A stretch of DNA of 64,000 bases, taken from contig CAVUNB010000015.1 of the NCBI GenBank assembly GCA_963742685.1, forward strand, positions 9,827 to 73,826. The letters run 5' to 3'. The position numbers and the translations under genes are program-made. This DNA is from an uncultured Actinomycetota bacterium (GTDB lineage: Bacteria; Actinomycetota; Actinomycetes; Propionibacteriales; Nocardioidaceae). Under the pieces are notes generated by a model. That model searched no databases and was not told the DNA's origin. It saw only the letters and a program-made list of their open reading frames with translations. Each line of letters starts with the position of its first letter. Within the stretch, counting starts at the first letter, position 1. This document shows, piece after piece, positions 33,451 to 43,876 of the stretch.

Positions 33451-35146
33451 TTAACGCGTCAGGAGACCTTGCGCCAGCACCGTCAGGATGTCCTGCGGGT
33501 CGCGGGCCTCGTAGGCCTGACCGCCGGTGGCGTCGGCGATCTGCTCCAGCGAGGCCATGTCGGATTGGGTGCTGATGCCGACCGGGATGATGCGGCACCG
33601 GGCGGTCGGGGTCGTGGAGCTGGCCAGCTCCTCGAGGAGCTGGTCGAGAGTGATCGAACCCGGGTCCTCGTTCACCCCGTCGGTCATGATGACGAGGCTG
33701 TTGTAGTAGGCCGGGTTGTACTCCTGGGTCGCGACCTTGTAGGCCGCCAGCAGCGTGTCGTAGGTCCCGGCGCCGCCGCCGATCAGGCTCGGGGCCACGT
33801 TCGGCCTGCTCCCTGAGCAGCTCGGTCTGCGTCTACCGTCACCCGTCGGGCGCGTCGAGACGGCGAAGCGGCGCCAGCTCGCGCCAGTCCTGCCCACTGC
33901 CACCCAGGTCGATGGAATAGCTCCACAGGCCGATCCGGGCGTGCTCGGGGAATGCGTCCAGCGCGGTCAGGGCGGCGCCCACGGCCAGGCCCATCCGGGT
34001 CGAGGAGCCTTCCACGGTGTCCATCGAGGACGACGCGTCGATGACGGCCAGCACGCTGGACGGCACGGTGAGGATGCCCCAGCTCTTCATGATCGAGTCC
34101 ACCTGGGCACGCTCCGCGGCCGGCAGCTGCTTGTCCGCACTGACACCCTCGTCATCGGGCAGCGGCGCGCCATCGGCGCCGCGCAGCTTCTCGCCGGCAA
34201 GGGCCGCGATGCCCTCCTCCGTGGTGAACCACGCGGCGATCCTCTCGCCGGTGCGGCCGGCGACGTCGAGCGAGCCGGAACCGACGCCGATGCCACCCGC
34301 TCCCGCGTCGGGCTGGACGAGCGGGAAGTTGAGGACCGCGGCGCCCGTGACGGGCGTCGTCCAGGTGAGGGCGTCGTTGCCGCGGCGAGCGATCAGGAAG
34401 TCGCGCTCGGTGACCGGGATGATCCGCTTGCTTCCGTCCGGGATCGTGTCGATGGTGACCGGCCTGTTCCGACCGGCGGCCACCTTGGCCCCGAACTTCT
34501 GCGCGACCGGCGCGATGGCGCTCTGGGCCTCGGCGACGTCGCCGCCGGCTTCGGCCGCTTCGGCGAGCGGCGCGAGCAAGGTCTCGGCGAAGGCGCCACT
34601 GGCCATGGGGTCCGTCTTCACCAGGCGCGGGGACGAGAGCGCCGCGAGCCAGTTGGCCGGGGCCACGCCCTCGGTCCCGCCCGCCAGCCCGACCGGGCTG
34701 GTGGCCAGCGCGGGGTCGACCAGCTTGCCCGTGAGGCCGGCTCCGATCAGCACGGTCTGCCAGGCCGGGGAGTCCGGCACCCACAGGTCGGGAAGCACGT
34801 TCTCCTCGCCCTCGTCGACCTCGTCCTGCGCCGCGTTGACCTCGGCCACCGACGCCGTGCTGACGTCCAGCTCGACGCACTGCCCGTTGTCCTCGAGCGA
34901 TCCCACCGCCAGGTCGACCAGGTCGGCCATGGCCGGCGCGACGACCAGGGAGAGAGTCGTGGTCGTGTCGGACGTGCAGTTCGCGGACGCCGCTGAGCTG
35001 TCGTCGTCGAGCAGCTGTACGGCGAACCAGCCGGCTGCCACGATCACGGCCAGCGCCAGGCCGATGATCGCCAAGCGGCTGTTGGACCCGGACGCGGCCG
35101 ACGTCTCGTCGGACTCGGACGTGTTGGTGACATGGGCGCCAAACAT
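33451..35146 (-). CDS. Membrane-anchored solute-binding-like plus vWA domain protein (paralog 1); frameshift near 33840
   Basis: TM, PDLWVPDSPAW, MIDAS DASSSM; GTYDTL..MTDGVNEDPGS tail in ORF 33451..33903. Confidence 0.78.
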
Positions 35147-35281
35147 GAAGGGCCTCTCAAAGCTGATCGGGGGGCTGGTGCACGCCGACGATAAGTGCTT
35201 CTTCGTGTCTCGGAAGGTGGAATGCGCAAAGTGATCGCGTTACGTTGCATGCCCCGCGCACCCATGTGTCAGGGTTGCGTC

Positions 35282-35710
35282 ATGGCCGACTCGGAATCGA
35301 ACCTCAGGTCGATGGCATGGAGCAGTGTCCTTCTCGGGGTCGCACTCGCGGCGGCCCAGGTCGCATGGTCTGGGCTCAACGACGACAGGCTCGGTCGACC
35401 CGCAGCCGACGGCGCCTACCTGGCCCTGACCGGGTTGGCCGTCCTGGCCTGGCTCCTGGTCGTCGGGTGTGGCCTCATTGCGCTCGTGAGTGGTCGATTG
35501 CCGGGCCGCGGGTTCGCCGCAGTCGCTGCGGCTTCGGCGGGACTCGCCGCGGTCATCGCCCTCGTCCTGCTGGCCCTGACTGCGTCGGGCGACTACGCGG
35601 ACGATGCGTTCAACGACGTGCTGCTGCAGTCGTGGCCACTGCTGCCATTGCTGCTCTTCGCGGGTGACTGGGTGCGGCGCTCACGGACTGGCGCGCCCAG
35701 CCCCGTTTAG
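35282..35710 (+). CDS. Hypothetical four-helix membrane protein
   Basis: 142 aa with four hydrophobic segments. Confidence 0.6.
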   Translation: MADSESNLRSMAWSSVLLGVALAAAQVAWSGLNDDRLGRPAADGAYLALTGLAVLAWLLVVGCGLIALVSGRLPGRGFAAVAAASAGLAAVIALVLLALTASGDYADDAFNDVLLQSWPLLPLLLFAGDWVRRSRTGAPSPV

Positions 35711-35765
35711 AAGTCGGTCCCGGCGGGAACCTGTGGTGCAGACCCCAGCACCCAAGGAGCCCCTC

Positions 35766-36473
35766 GTGCCTGACGACTTCGACGCGCGACTGTCGAGCCT
35801 TTTGAAGCGAACCACTGAGTTCGCTGAGCGCCTCACCGATTCGATCGATAATGCCCGTCCATCGGACGCCACGAGCGAGAACGGCGGGGTGCGGGTTTCG
35901 ATCAACTCCGACTCGACCCTCGACCGGGTGGAGGTGCGTGACGGCTGGCGACGCGAGGCAGAGCCCGAGACCCTCGGCTCACTGATCCTGGCCACGATGG
36001 GGGTGGCCTTCGGGGAGCAGTTCGGCCGCTGGGCTGAGCTGGCACCCGACGCGATGGAGCGCCCCGTTGCGTCCGTGCCGCCTCGACCCACCTCCGTCGG
36101 CGCCACGCCGCCCCGCGGCGCGGCCGGTGATCGGCTCATCGCCGATGCCCTCCGGTCCGAAGGCGGACTCCGTGGAGCCATGGAGGAGCTCAAGGAATCT
36201 CTCCAGGTGGCCGCAGCGCACACCGTCGAGGGCCACGACCGGGGTGGTCACGCCACCGCGACAGCAGATGGTCAGGGCAACGTCGTCGGTCTGACGTTCG
36301 ACACCGATTGGCTCGAATCAGCCAGCGGAGCACACATCGGCAACGCGGCGACCGAGGCGATCACGTCCGCCAGCGGCCGCGGCCGCGCGTCCACCGACCT
36401 GACGGCGGTCATTGCGGCCAGCCGGCTCGGACGCATCCACGATCACCTCATTGACCGCCGACCCGGAAGCTGA
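35766..36473 (+). CDS. Tandem YbaB/EbfC-like (EspL-like) domain protein
   Basis: AAGGAG RBS; two internal repeats, ATSENGGVRVSINSDSTLDRVEV..W and GHDRGGHATATADGQGNVVGLTF..W. Confidence 0.6.
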   Translation: MPDDFDARLSSLLKRTTEFAERLTDSIDNARPSDATSENGGVRVSINSDSTLDRVEVRDGWRREAEPETLGSLILATMGVAFGEQFGRWAELAPDAMERPVASVPPRPTSVGATPPRGAAGDRLIADALRSEGGLRGAMEELKESLQVAAAHTVEGHDRGGHATATADGQGNVVGLTFDTDWLESASGAHIGNAATEAITSASGRGRASTDLTAVIAASRLGRIHDHLIDRRPGS

Positions 36474-36484
36474 AAGGAACAATC

Positions 36485-36799
36485 ATGGCCACACTCAAGA
36501 TGGCGATCGACGCGCTCAACAAGGACTCACAGGCATGGTCCACCGTGTCCACGGGCCTGTCGGACTGCTCGACAGCGGCCTACGACCAGGACGTGTCGTC
36601 CGGGGCCTTCCCCATCAACGTCCCCGTCGAGCTGCACTCGCTGTACACCAGCCTCCAGTCCAAGGTCGGCCGGCTGCTCAGTGAAGGGGCCACCGAGTCC
36701 GAGGCCGTCGCGGACGAGCTCATCAACGTGCGCAACATCCTCGAAGGCGCCGACGAGGCCGCCCAGCAGAGCATCGACGGACTCTGGGACTTCGAGTGA
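36485..36799 (+). CDS. Small helical WXG100-like/EspC-like putative type VII secretion substrate
   Basis: 104 aa, GAAAGGA RBS, ALNKDSQAW N-terminus and ..ADELINVRNILEGADE C-terminus. Confidence 0.6.
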   Translation: MATLKMAIDALNKDSQAWSTVSTGLSDCSTAAYDQDVSSGAFPINVPVELHSLYTSLQSKVGRLLSEGATESEAVADELINVRNILEGADEAAQQSIDGLWDFE

Positions 36800-36850
36800 T
36801 GTCCCGCCGCACCCACATCATCCACACGCCGAGCAACGGGGAGCAGAACC

Positions 36851-37582
36851 ATGGCTGACGACTACACGATCTACGACATTCTCAACTTCCTCAACGACCT
36901 GCAGGGCGACATCGACGAGATGCAGGCCGCCGTCAACAACGCTCTCAACAACCTGCCCTGGTGGGTCCCGGACTGGGCGATCAAGCCCGTGTACGACGAA
37001 TGGAACAACCTCTGCGACGAGTGGGGCGCGATGATCCAGGACGTGGAGGACCTGGTCGACAACGTCGGCGAGGCGTGGACGTTGCGGGCGGCGGCCGCCG
37101 CGTGGCGTGACCAGGTGGACAACAAGCTCACCGGCATTCCCGGCAAGGTCGCGGCCGGGCAGCTGAGCAGTGACGACGTCTTCTCAGGGGTCTCAGCCAG
37201 TGCCTACCGCGGCGTCATCCCCAACCAGACCGCGGCGATGAACGCCGTCAAGCCGCAGTACACCGCCAAGATCGCCGACGGCCTCGACGACGTCGCCGAT
37301 GCCATCAACAAGTCCCTCTCGACCGTGCAGGAGGCTCTGGTCGCGCTCGGAGTGGCCGTGGCCGGAGCGATCGTGGCCATCGCCGGCGCCGCAGCCGTGA
37401 TCCCGCTGATCGGCGGCATCATCACCTGCATCGGCGCTCTGGCGACCTTCGCGGTCAAGATGATGAACGCGAAGGACCAGCTCACCACCGACACGCAGAC
37501 GGTGCAGAGCGCCTGGGACGGCGTGAAGACCGACTGGACCAACTTCGACGGGGAGAAGTGGCCCCAGGCCACGTTTGCCTGA
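36851..37582 (+). CDS. Putative type VII secretion substrate with WXG-like turn and hydrophobic hairpin
   Basis: LRAAAAAWRDQV, FSGVSASAY, a roughly 40-aa Ala/Gly/Ile hydrophobic stretch, and a terminal KWP motif. Confidence 0.55.
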   Translation: MADDYTIYDILNFLNDLQGDIDEMQAAVNNALNNLPWWVPDWAIKPVYDEWNNLCDEWGAMIQDVEDLVDNVGEAWTLRAAAAAWRDQVDNKLTGIPGKVAAGQLSSDDVFSGVSASAYRGVIPNQTAAMNAVKPQYTAKIADGLDDVADAINKSLSTVQEALVALGVAVAGAIVAIAGAAAVIPLIGGIITCIGALATFAVKMMNAKDQLTTDTQTVQSAWDGVKTDWTNFDGEKWPQATFA

Positions 37583-37597
37583 GTCCGTCAGGGCACA

Positions 37598-38209
37598 ATG
37601 TCCGACGTGCCGGCCCACGTCATCGTCCTTGCCGGACCCAGCGGAGCCGGGAAGTCCCGGCTGGCCGAGCGGCTGGGCCTGCCCGTGCTCCGGCTCGACG
37701 ACTTCTACAAGGACGGGGACGACCCGACGCTGCCGACCATCACCGTGGGCGCCAACACCGGCCTGGTGGACTGGGACCATCCGGACTCGTGGCTGCACGA
37801 CGACGCCCTCGCGGCGCTCGCGGCCCTGTGCCGCGACGGCTCGACCGAGGTGCCCATCTACGAGATCGCCCAGAACGGCCGCTGCGGCTCCCAACCCCTC
37901 GACCTGGCCGGCGCGCCCGTCTTCATCGCCGAGGGCATCTTCGCGCCCGAGATCGTGCCCGAGTGCCGCCGGGCCGGGTTGCTGGAAGCGGCGTACTGCG
38001 TCACCCAACGACCGGCCGTGACGTTCTGGCGGCGCCTGACCCGTGACCTGCGGGAGCGACGCAAGCCGCCCCTGATGCTGGTCCGCCGGGGTCTGGCGCT
38101 GATGCGCGACCAGCGGCGAGTCGTGGCCCACGCGGTCGAGCTCGGCTGCGACGTCGCGACGCCGGACGAGGCCTACGCCCTCATCACGACAGCCCGCAGC
38201 CGCCCATGA
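37598..38209 (+). CDS. P-loop kinase, uridine-kinase-like
   Basis: GPSGAGKS, LDDFYK, DWDHP, AEGIFA. Confidence 0.75.
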   Translation: MSDVPAHVIVLAGPSGAGKSRLAERLGLPVLRLDDFYKDGDDPTLPTITVGANTGLVDWDHPDSWLHDDALAALAALCRDGSTEVPIYEIAQNGRCGSQPLDLAGAPVFIAEGIFAPEIVPECRRAGLLEAAYCVTQRPAVTFWRRLTRDLRERRKPPLMLVRRGLALMRDQRRVVAHAVELGCDVATPDEAYALITTARSRP

Positions 38210-38770
38210 GCATCACGGAGACCGGCCGGCTGGTGCTGGGGCGCCAGTTCCAGCAGCCCGACCAGCGCAGCTGCGGCGCCGCCGTCGCCGTGATGGCCGA
38301 GGCCCTCGGCAACGACGGCTACGCCCGACGGCTCCTGGCCGGTGGCGACGACGAGTTCGAACGCGAGGTGATCGCGATGCATCGCCGGATCACCGGGCCC
38401 GGTCGACGCCGCGGGGTCCATCCAGGCGCCCTGGTTGCGAGCGATCGGCACTCCCCCGTGGGCGCTGGCCCGCCAGCTCGGCCGAGGCTCGACCAGGCGC
38501 CGCGTCGGCACCGCCCGATTCCAGCCGGGCCACGCCTGGGCCGCGATGAGCACCAGCCTCGCCCGCGGCGCGCTGGTGCCGGCCTACGTCGGCAGCCGCT
38601 GGCTGCCGCGCCACGTCGTGCTGGCCTTCGCCCCGCTCGACGACGCGGTCCGCATGTATGAGCCCGGCGCCGGTCGGGTCGTGCGGGTCACGCGCGAGGA
38701 GTGGGTCGAGGGGCGGCTGGTGCTGGGCGGCTGGAGCGAACCGTGGTTCGTCGTCAGCTCGCCTCACTGA
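38206..38770 (+). CDS. Hypothetical papain-like (C39-like) protein; frameshift near 38395
   Basis: [10 protein letters not shown] in ORF 38206..38661; GTPPW, PRHVVL and YEP in ORF 38435..38770. Confidence 0.55.
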
Positions 38771-39860
38771 TCAGTGCGGCATAGCCGGGCTTGACCACGT
38801 CGTTGATGATCGCCAGCCGCTCGTCGAAGGGCAGGAACGCCGACTTCATCGCGTTGATGGTGAACCACCTCAGGTCCTCGAGCGTGTAGCCGAACGCCTC
38901 GACGAGTCCGGACATCTCCTCGGTCATCGAGGTCTGGCTCATCAACCGGTTGTCGGTGTTGACGGTGACGCGGAACCGCAGCCGCGTCAGCAGCCCGATC
39001 GGGTGCTCGGCGATCGACTCGGCGGCTCCGGTCTGGATGTTGGACCGCGGGCACATCTCGAGCGGGATGCGGCTGTCCCTGACGTACGCCGCGAGCCGAC
39101 CCAGCTCCACCGAGCCGTCGTCGTTCACGGTGATGTCGTCCATGATCCGCACGCCGTGCCCGAGGCGCGCTGCCCCGCACCACTGGATGGCTTGCCAGAT
39201 GGACGGCAGGCCGAAGGCCTCACCGGCGTGGATGGTGAAGTGGGCGTTCTCGCGCTGGAGGTACTCGAACGCGTCGAGGTGGCGAGTGGGCGGGTAGCCG
39301 GCCTCGGCACCCGCGATGTCGAAGCCGGCGACGCCACGGTCGCGCCAGGCGATGGCGAGCTCGGCGATCTCCATGGAGCGGGCCTGGTGGCGCATCGCGG
39401 TCAGCAGCTGGCGTACGACCACACGACCGCCGGCGGCGGCCACGCCCTGGTCGAAGCCCTCCTGCACGGCCGCGACGACCTCGTCGAGGGTGAGCCCCAT
39501 CTCGACGTGCTGCTCGGGGGCGTAGCGGACCTCGGCGTAGACCACGCCGTCGGCCACCATGTCCTCCACGCACTCGCGCGCGACCCGGGTGATGGCAGGC
39601 CCCGTCTGCATCACCGCCACCGTGTGGTCGAAGGTCTCGAGATAGCGCACCAGCGAACCGGAGTCGGCGGACTCGACGAACCACTGGCCCAGGCCGGCCG
39701 CGTCGGAGGCCGGCAGCTCGTGGCCGGCGTCGGCGGCGAGGTCGATGATGGTCTGGGGTCGCAGCCCACCGTCGAGGTGATCGTGCAGGAGGACCTTGGG
39801 TGCGCGGCGGACGTCGTCGCGGGTGGGCAGGGAGGAGGGTCGACCAGTGGGGACAGACAT
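38754..39860 (-). CDS. add: Adenosine deaminase
   Basis: [31 protein letters not shown]. Confidence 0.95.
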   Translation of the reverse strand: MSVPTGRPSSLPTRDDVRRAPKVLLHDHLDGGLRPQTIIDLAADAGHELPASDAAGLGQWFVESADSGSLVRYLETFDHTVAVMQTGPAITRVARECVEDMVADGVVYAEVRYAPEQHVEMGLTLDEVVAAVQEGFDQGVAAAGGRVVVRQLLTAMRHQARSMEIAELAIAWRDRGVAGFDIAGAEAGYPPTRHLDAFEYLQRENAHFTIHAGEAFGLPSIWQAIQWCGAARLGHGVRIMDDITVNDDGSVELGRLAAYVRDSRIPLEMCPRSNIQTGAAESIAEHPIGLLTRLRFRVTVNTDNRLMSQTSMTEEMSGLVEAFGYTLEDLRWFTINAMKSAFLPFDERLAIINDVVKPGYAALISEAS

Positions 39861-39878
39861 GTGCCTATCCTTCCAGCC
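39861..39878. promoter_or_regulatory. Putative bidirectional leaderless promoter core between add and maoC
   Basis: Only 18 bp separate the divergent ATGs; TATCCT is 7 nt before ATG 39879 and AAGGAT is 6 nt before ATG 39860 on the minus strand. Confidence 0.55.
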
Positions 39879-40334
39879 ATGCGCATATTCACCACGCTCG
39901 ACGAGGTCGCCTCGTTCGCCAATTCCGAGATCGGCACGACCGAGTGGATGGTCATCGACCAGGAGCGGATCAACCTGTTCGCCGACGCGACCGGCGACCA
40001 CCAGTGGATCCACGTCGACGAGGATCGCGCCAAGACCGGTCCGTTCGGCGCGACGATCGCCCACGGCTTCCTGACCGTGAGCCTGCTGCCGCTGTTCAAC
40101 ACCGAGTCCTTCGCGCTCGAGACCCCCGGCGCCCGGCTCAACTACGGCCTGAACAAGGTGCGCTTCCCACACCCGGTCCCGGTCGACTCGCGGTTGCGCT
40201 CGCACGTCTCCTTCGGCGACGTCACCGACCTGCCGACGGGCAAGCAGCTGATCATCAAGCACACCCTCGAGATCGAGGGCGTGGACAAGCCCGCGTGTGT
40301 CGCGGAGCTCGTCGTCCTGCTGCTCGCTGAGTGA
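39879..40334 (+). CDS. MaoC family dehydratase
   Basis: [31 protein letters not shown]. Confidence 0.93.
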   Translation: MRIFTTLDEVASFANSEIGTTEWMVIDQERINLFADATGDHQWIHVDEDRAKTGPFGATIAHGFLTVSLLPLFNTESFALETPGARLNYGLNKVRFPHPVPVDSRLRSHVSFGDVTDLPTGKQLIIKHTLEIEGVDKPACVAELVVLLLAE

Positions 40335-40337
40335 AGG

Positions 40338-41952
40338 TCAGCGCGACAGCACCGCCTGCGCGAAGACGCCCAGGATGTCCTCCGGCTCCGCTGCCAGGTA
40401 GGCGTCTCCACCGGTGGCCTCGGCCATCTGCTCGAGCGCTCCGAGGTCCGCGTCCTCACTGATCGCGATCCCGACGACGCGCACCGGGCGGTCCGGGTCC
40501 GTCAGCTGGCGCAGCTGGCGCACCAGCTCCTCGAGCGAGATCGAGCCGGGGTCCTCGTTCTCGCCGTCGGTCAACAGCACCACGGCGTTGGAGAAGTGCG
40601 GCTTGTAGTCGCGGAGGGCCTGCTTGTACGCCGCCAGCGCGGTGTCGTACAGGCCGGTCCCGCCGTCCGTCAGCGACGGGAGCTGCTGCGCCCGCTCCCG
40701 CAGGGCATATCGCTGGGTCCGGCCGAAGCGGAGGTCGTCCAGGGGGCGCATCGGCTCGAGGACCCGCCAGTCCTGGCCCGGCCCACCCTTGTCGATCGAG
40801 AAGATCCACAGGCCGACCCGCGCATGGTCGGGCAGGAACGACAGCCCGATCCCGGCCGCGTCCGCGAGGAGCTCCATCCTGGTGCCGTTGGAGGTGCCGA
40901 AGTCCATCGATCCGGACGCGTCGACGACGGCCAGGATTGCCGAGGGAACGCTCAGCGAGCGCCACGACTGCACGGTGGCGGCGATGGCCCGGGCCGGCGG
41001 CGTGGGCAGGAACGCCGAGACCTCGGCCCCCAGGCTGTCGGCCGGCGCCGCCTCCGGCGGGCGGAACCCGGCGTCGCGCAGGGCTGCTGCTCCCGTGTCA
41101 CTGGCCAGGTAGCGGACCAGGTCGCGAGCGATGCTCCCGGAGCCGGGTGTCGCCTCCTGTCGGACCGCCAGGGGGAACTCCAGGGTCGGGCTCCCGACGC
41201 CGGGCGTGAGGTCCCGCAGGTAGGGAGCGTCGATGCGTGCCTCGACCAGCTCCTGCTCCGTGCCCACGACCAGCCGCCGCGACGTACTTTCCAGCCACAG
41301 CATGGCGACGTCGGCGTCGAGGCCGCGCGACACGCGTTCGCCGTACGACTGCGCGAACGGCACCACCATCTGCGCGGGCCGATGCCGTGCTGCGTCCCAG
41401 TTCCGCTGCCTCCGCCTGCGGAGCCACGACGGCCAGCGAGCCAGCCGTGGAGCTCAGCGGGTCGGGGACCGACACCAGCCCCGACGCCTCGGCCTCGCCC
41501 CACGAGGCGAAGCTGGGTGCGCCCTGACCGCCCACGAGCAGCAGCGGGGTGCGAGCGACGCTCGGTGAGACCACACGGAGTCCGGCGGCGCCGCCGAGAT
41601 AGGTCGGCGTCATCCAGAACCGGGAGTCGGCGATCCACACGTCCGGCAGCTGCTCGCCCGTGGAGACGGCGAGGGCGACCTGGCTGGGAGGGCGGGCATC
41701 GGGCGCCACCCGGGTGCAGGTGGGCGGCTCTATCGCCGCGAGGGCCTGCGTCACGACGCCGAGCATCGAGGGCGGCACGACCAGCTCCACCGTGCGTTGC
41801 TCCGCGCAACCGCTCGCGGCGGGCGGCTCGTCCTCGCCGCTGAGCAGCAGGAACGCTGCACCGCCGCCGAGCGCGACGCCGAGCAGGAGCAGGAGGACCA
41901 GTAGTACCGGGCCCCTGATCCGACCATCCAGTGTTTCGCTGTGCATGTCCAT
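40338..41952 (-). CDS. Membrane-anchored solute-binding-like plus vWA domain protein (paralog 2); frameshift near 41375
   Basis: TM, PDVWIADSRFW, DASGSM, GTGLYDT, LTDGENEDPGS. Confidence 0.8.
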
Positions 41953-42062
41953 GCTTCGCTCCCTCTCCCCCCAGAGATCTCAGGAGGCTAGGCGCGCAGC
42001 GGGCCGCAGAGTAGAGAAGAGGTCAAGGATTCGTCAGAGTTGGGGACGTTCGAAGCGTCTGC

Positions 42063-43343
42063 TCAGCTGATCCGGTCGATGATCAGGTCCTGGGGCGTGA
42101 ACGTGCCGTCACCGATGTCATAACCGCCCTCGAGCGAGGCCAGGGCACGGTCGAAGCGCTCGGGTTGGTCGGTGAGCAGCGTGAACAGCGGCTGTCCCTC
42201 GGTCACGGTGTCGCCGGGACGGGCGTGCCACACGACGCCGGCGCCGTCCTGCACCGGGTCCTCCTTGCGGGCGCGTCCGGCGCCCAGCCGCCAGGCCGCC
42301 AGCCCGACCGCCATCGCATCGAGCCGGGTCAGCGTGCCGCTCGCCGGCGCGTTCACGACGTGCGACTCCCTGGCGACGGGAAGCGTGGCGTCGGGATCTC
42401 CGCCCTGGGCCCGGATCATGTCCTTCCAGGCATCCATGGCCGAGCCGTCGGCGAGCCTGTCCGCGGGGTCGACGTCGGTCACGCCCGCGCCGGCGAGCAT
42501 CTCGCGGGCCAGCGCGATGGTCAGCTCCACCACGTCGGCAGGGCCGCCACCGGCGAGCACCTCGACCGACTCGATGACCTCGATCGCGTTGCCGGCGGTG
42601 AGGCCCAGCGGAGTGCTCATGTCGGTCAGCAGTGCGACCGTGTGCACACCCGCGTCCTTGCCGAGGCCCACCATCGTCCGGGCCAGCTCGCGTGCCTTCT
42701 CGACGTCCTTCATGAACGCCCCGGTGCCCACCTTGACGTCGAGCACGAGGGCACCGGTGCCCTCGGCGATCTTCTTGGACATGATCGACGACGCGATCAG
42801 CGGGATCGCCTCGACGGTTCCCGTCACGTCGCGCAGGGCATAGAGCTTCTTGTCGGCGGGCGCCAGCCCGTCACCGGCCGCGCAGATCACCGCACCGACG
42901 GACTCGAGCTGAGCGAACATCTCCTCGTTGGAGAGCGCGGCCCGCCAGCCGGGGATCGACTCGAGCTTGTCGAGGGTGCCGCCCGTGTGGCCCAGTCCGC
43001 GACCCGAGAGCTGGGGTACGGCGACGCCGCATGCGGCAACCAGCGGAGCCAGCGGCAGGGTGATCTTGTCGCCCACCCCACCGGTGGAGTGCTTGTCGGC
43101 GGTCGGCCGGGACAGCGCCGAGAAGTCCATCCGCTCACCGGAGGCGATCATCGCCGCAGTCCAGCGCGCGATCTCCCGCGGCACCATGCCATTGAGAAGG
43201 ATCGCCATCGCCAGCGCCGACATCTGCTCGTCGGCGACGTCACCGCGGGTGTAGGCGTCGATCACCCAGTCGATCTGGCTGTCGCTCAGCTCGCCCTTGT
43301 CGCGCTTGGCGCTGATCACCTCGACGGCGTCGTGGGTTGCCAA
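42063..43343 (-). CDS. deoA: Thymidine/pyrimidine-nucleoside phosphorylase
   Basis: DKHSTGGVGDK, SGRGLGHTGGTLDKLE, SIMSKK. Confidence 0.96.
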   Translation of the reverse strand: MATHDAVEVISAKRDKGELSDSQIDWVIDAYTRGDVADEQMSALAMAILLNGMVPREIARWTAAMIASGERMDFSALSRPTADKHSTGGVGDKITLPLAPLVAACGVAVPQLSGRGLGHTGGTLDKLESIPGWRAALSNEEMFAQLESVGAVICAAGDGLAPADKKLYALRDVTGTVEAIPLIASSIMSKKIAEGTGALVLDVKVGTGAFMKDVEKARELARTMVGLGKDAGVHTVALLTDMSTPLGLTAGNAIEVIESVEVLAGGGPADVVELTIALAREMLAGAGVTDVDPADRLADGSAMDAWKDMIRAQGGDPDATLPVARESHVVNAPASGTLTRLDAMAVGLAAWRLGAGRARKEDPVQDGAGVVWHARPGDTVTEGQPLFTLLTDQPERFDRALASLEGGYDIGDGTFTPQDLIIDRIS

Positions 43344-43344
43344 T

Positions 43345-43731
43345 TCACACTTCCTTCAGGTCGTCGGGGCCGAATGCCTGCGGGAGCATCTCGGCCATGG
43401 TGTGGACGCCCTCGGGCGTCTCGATGAGCAGGTCTGCGCCGCCGTGCTCCCACAGGAGCTGACGACAACGTCCGCACGGCATGATCACGTCGGCGTTGCC
43501 GTTCACGCAAACGAAGTGCGTCAACCGACCGCCACCCGAGGCGTGCAGGGCGGACACCAGCCCGCACTCTGCGCAGAGCGTGACGCCGTACGCCGCATTC
43601 TCGACGTTGCAGCCGACCAGCAGGCGCCCGTCGTCGGCCAGTGCTGCGGCACCGACAGGGAAGTTGGAGTAGGGCGCGTAGGCGTGTCCCATGGCGGCGA
43701 CCGCCTCGGCGCGGAGTTTGTTCCAGTCCAT
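43345..43731 (-). CDS. cdd: Cytidine deaminase
   Basis: AYAPYS, NVENAAY, CAE, PCGRCRQ. Confidence 0.96.
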   Translation of the reverse strand: MDWNKLRAEAVAAMGHAYAPYSNFPVGAAALADDGRLLVGCNVENAAYGVTLCAECGLVSALHASGGGRLTHFVCVNGNADVIMPCGRCRQLLWEHGGADLLIETPEGVHTMAEMLPQAFGPDDLKEV

Positions 43732-43876
43732 CCGGCAAACTATGACGCATCTTGTTGCCGTCAGGTCTCAAACCGGCACCGGATTCAGGTATTGCCTTCC
43801 CCCACCGGACGACTTGCAGCATCATTCACTCGATATGCGGTCCCACTCCGGGGGCCGACTGAGTTTGGAGGCATCT

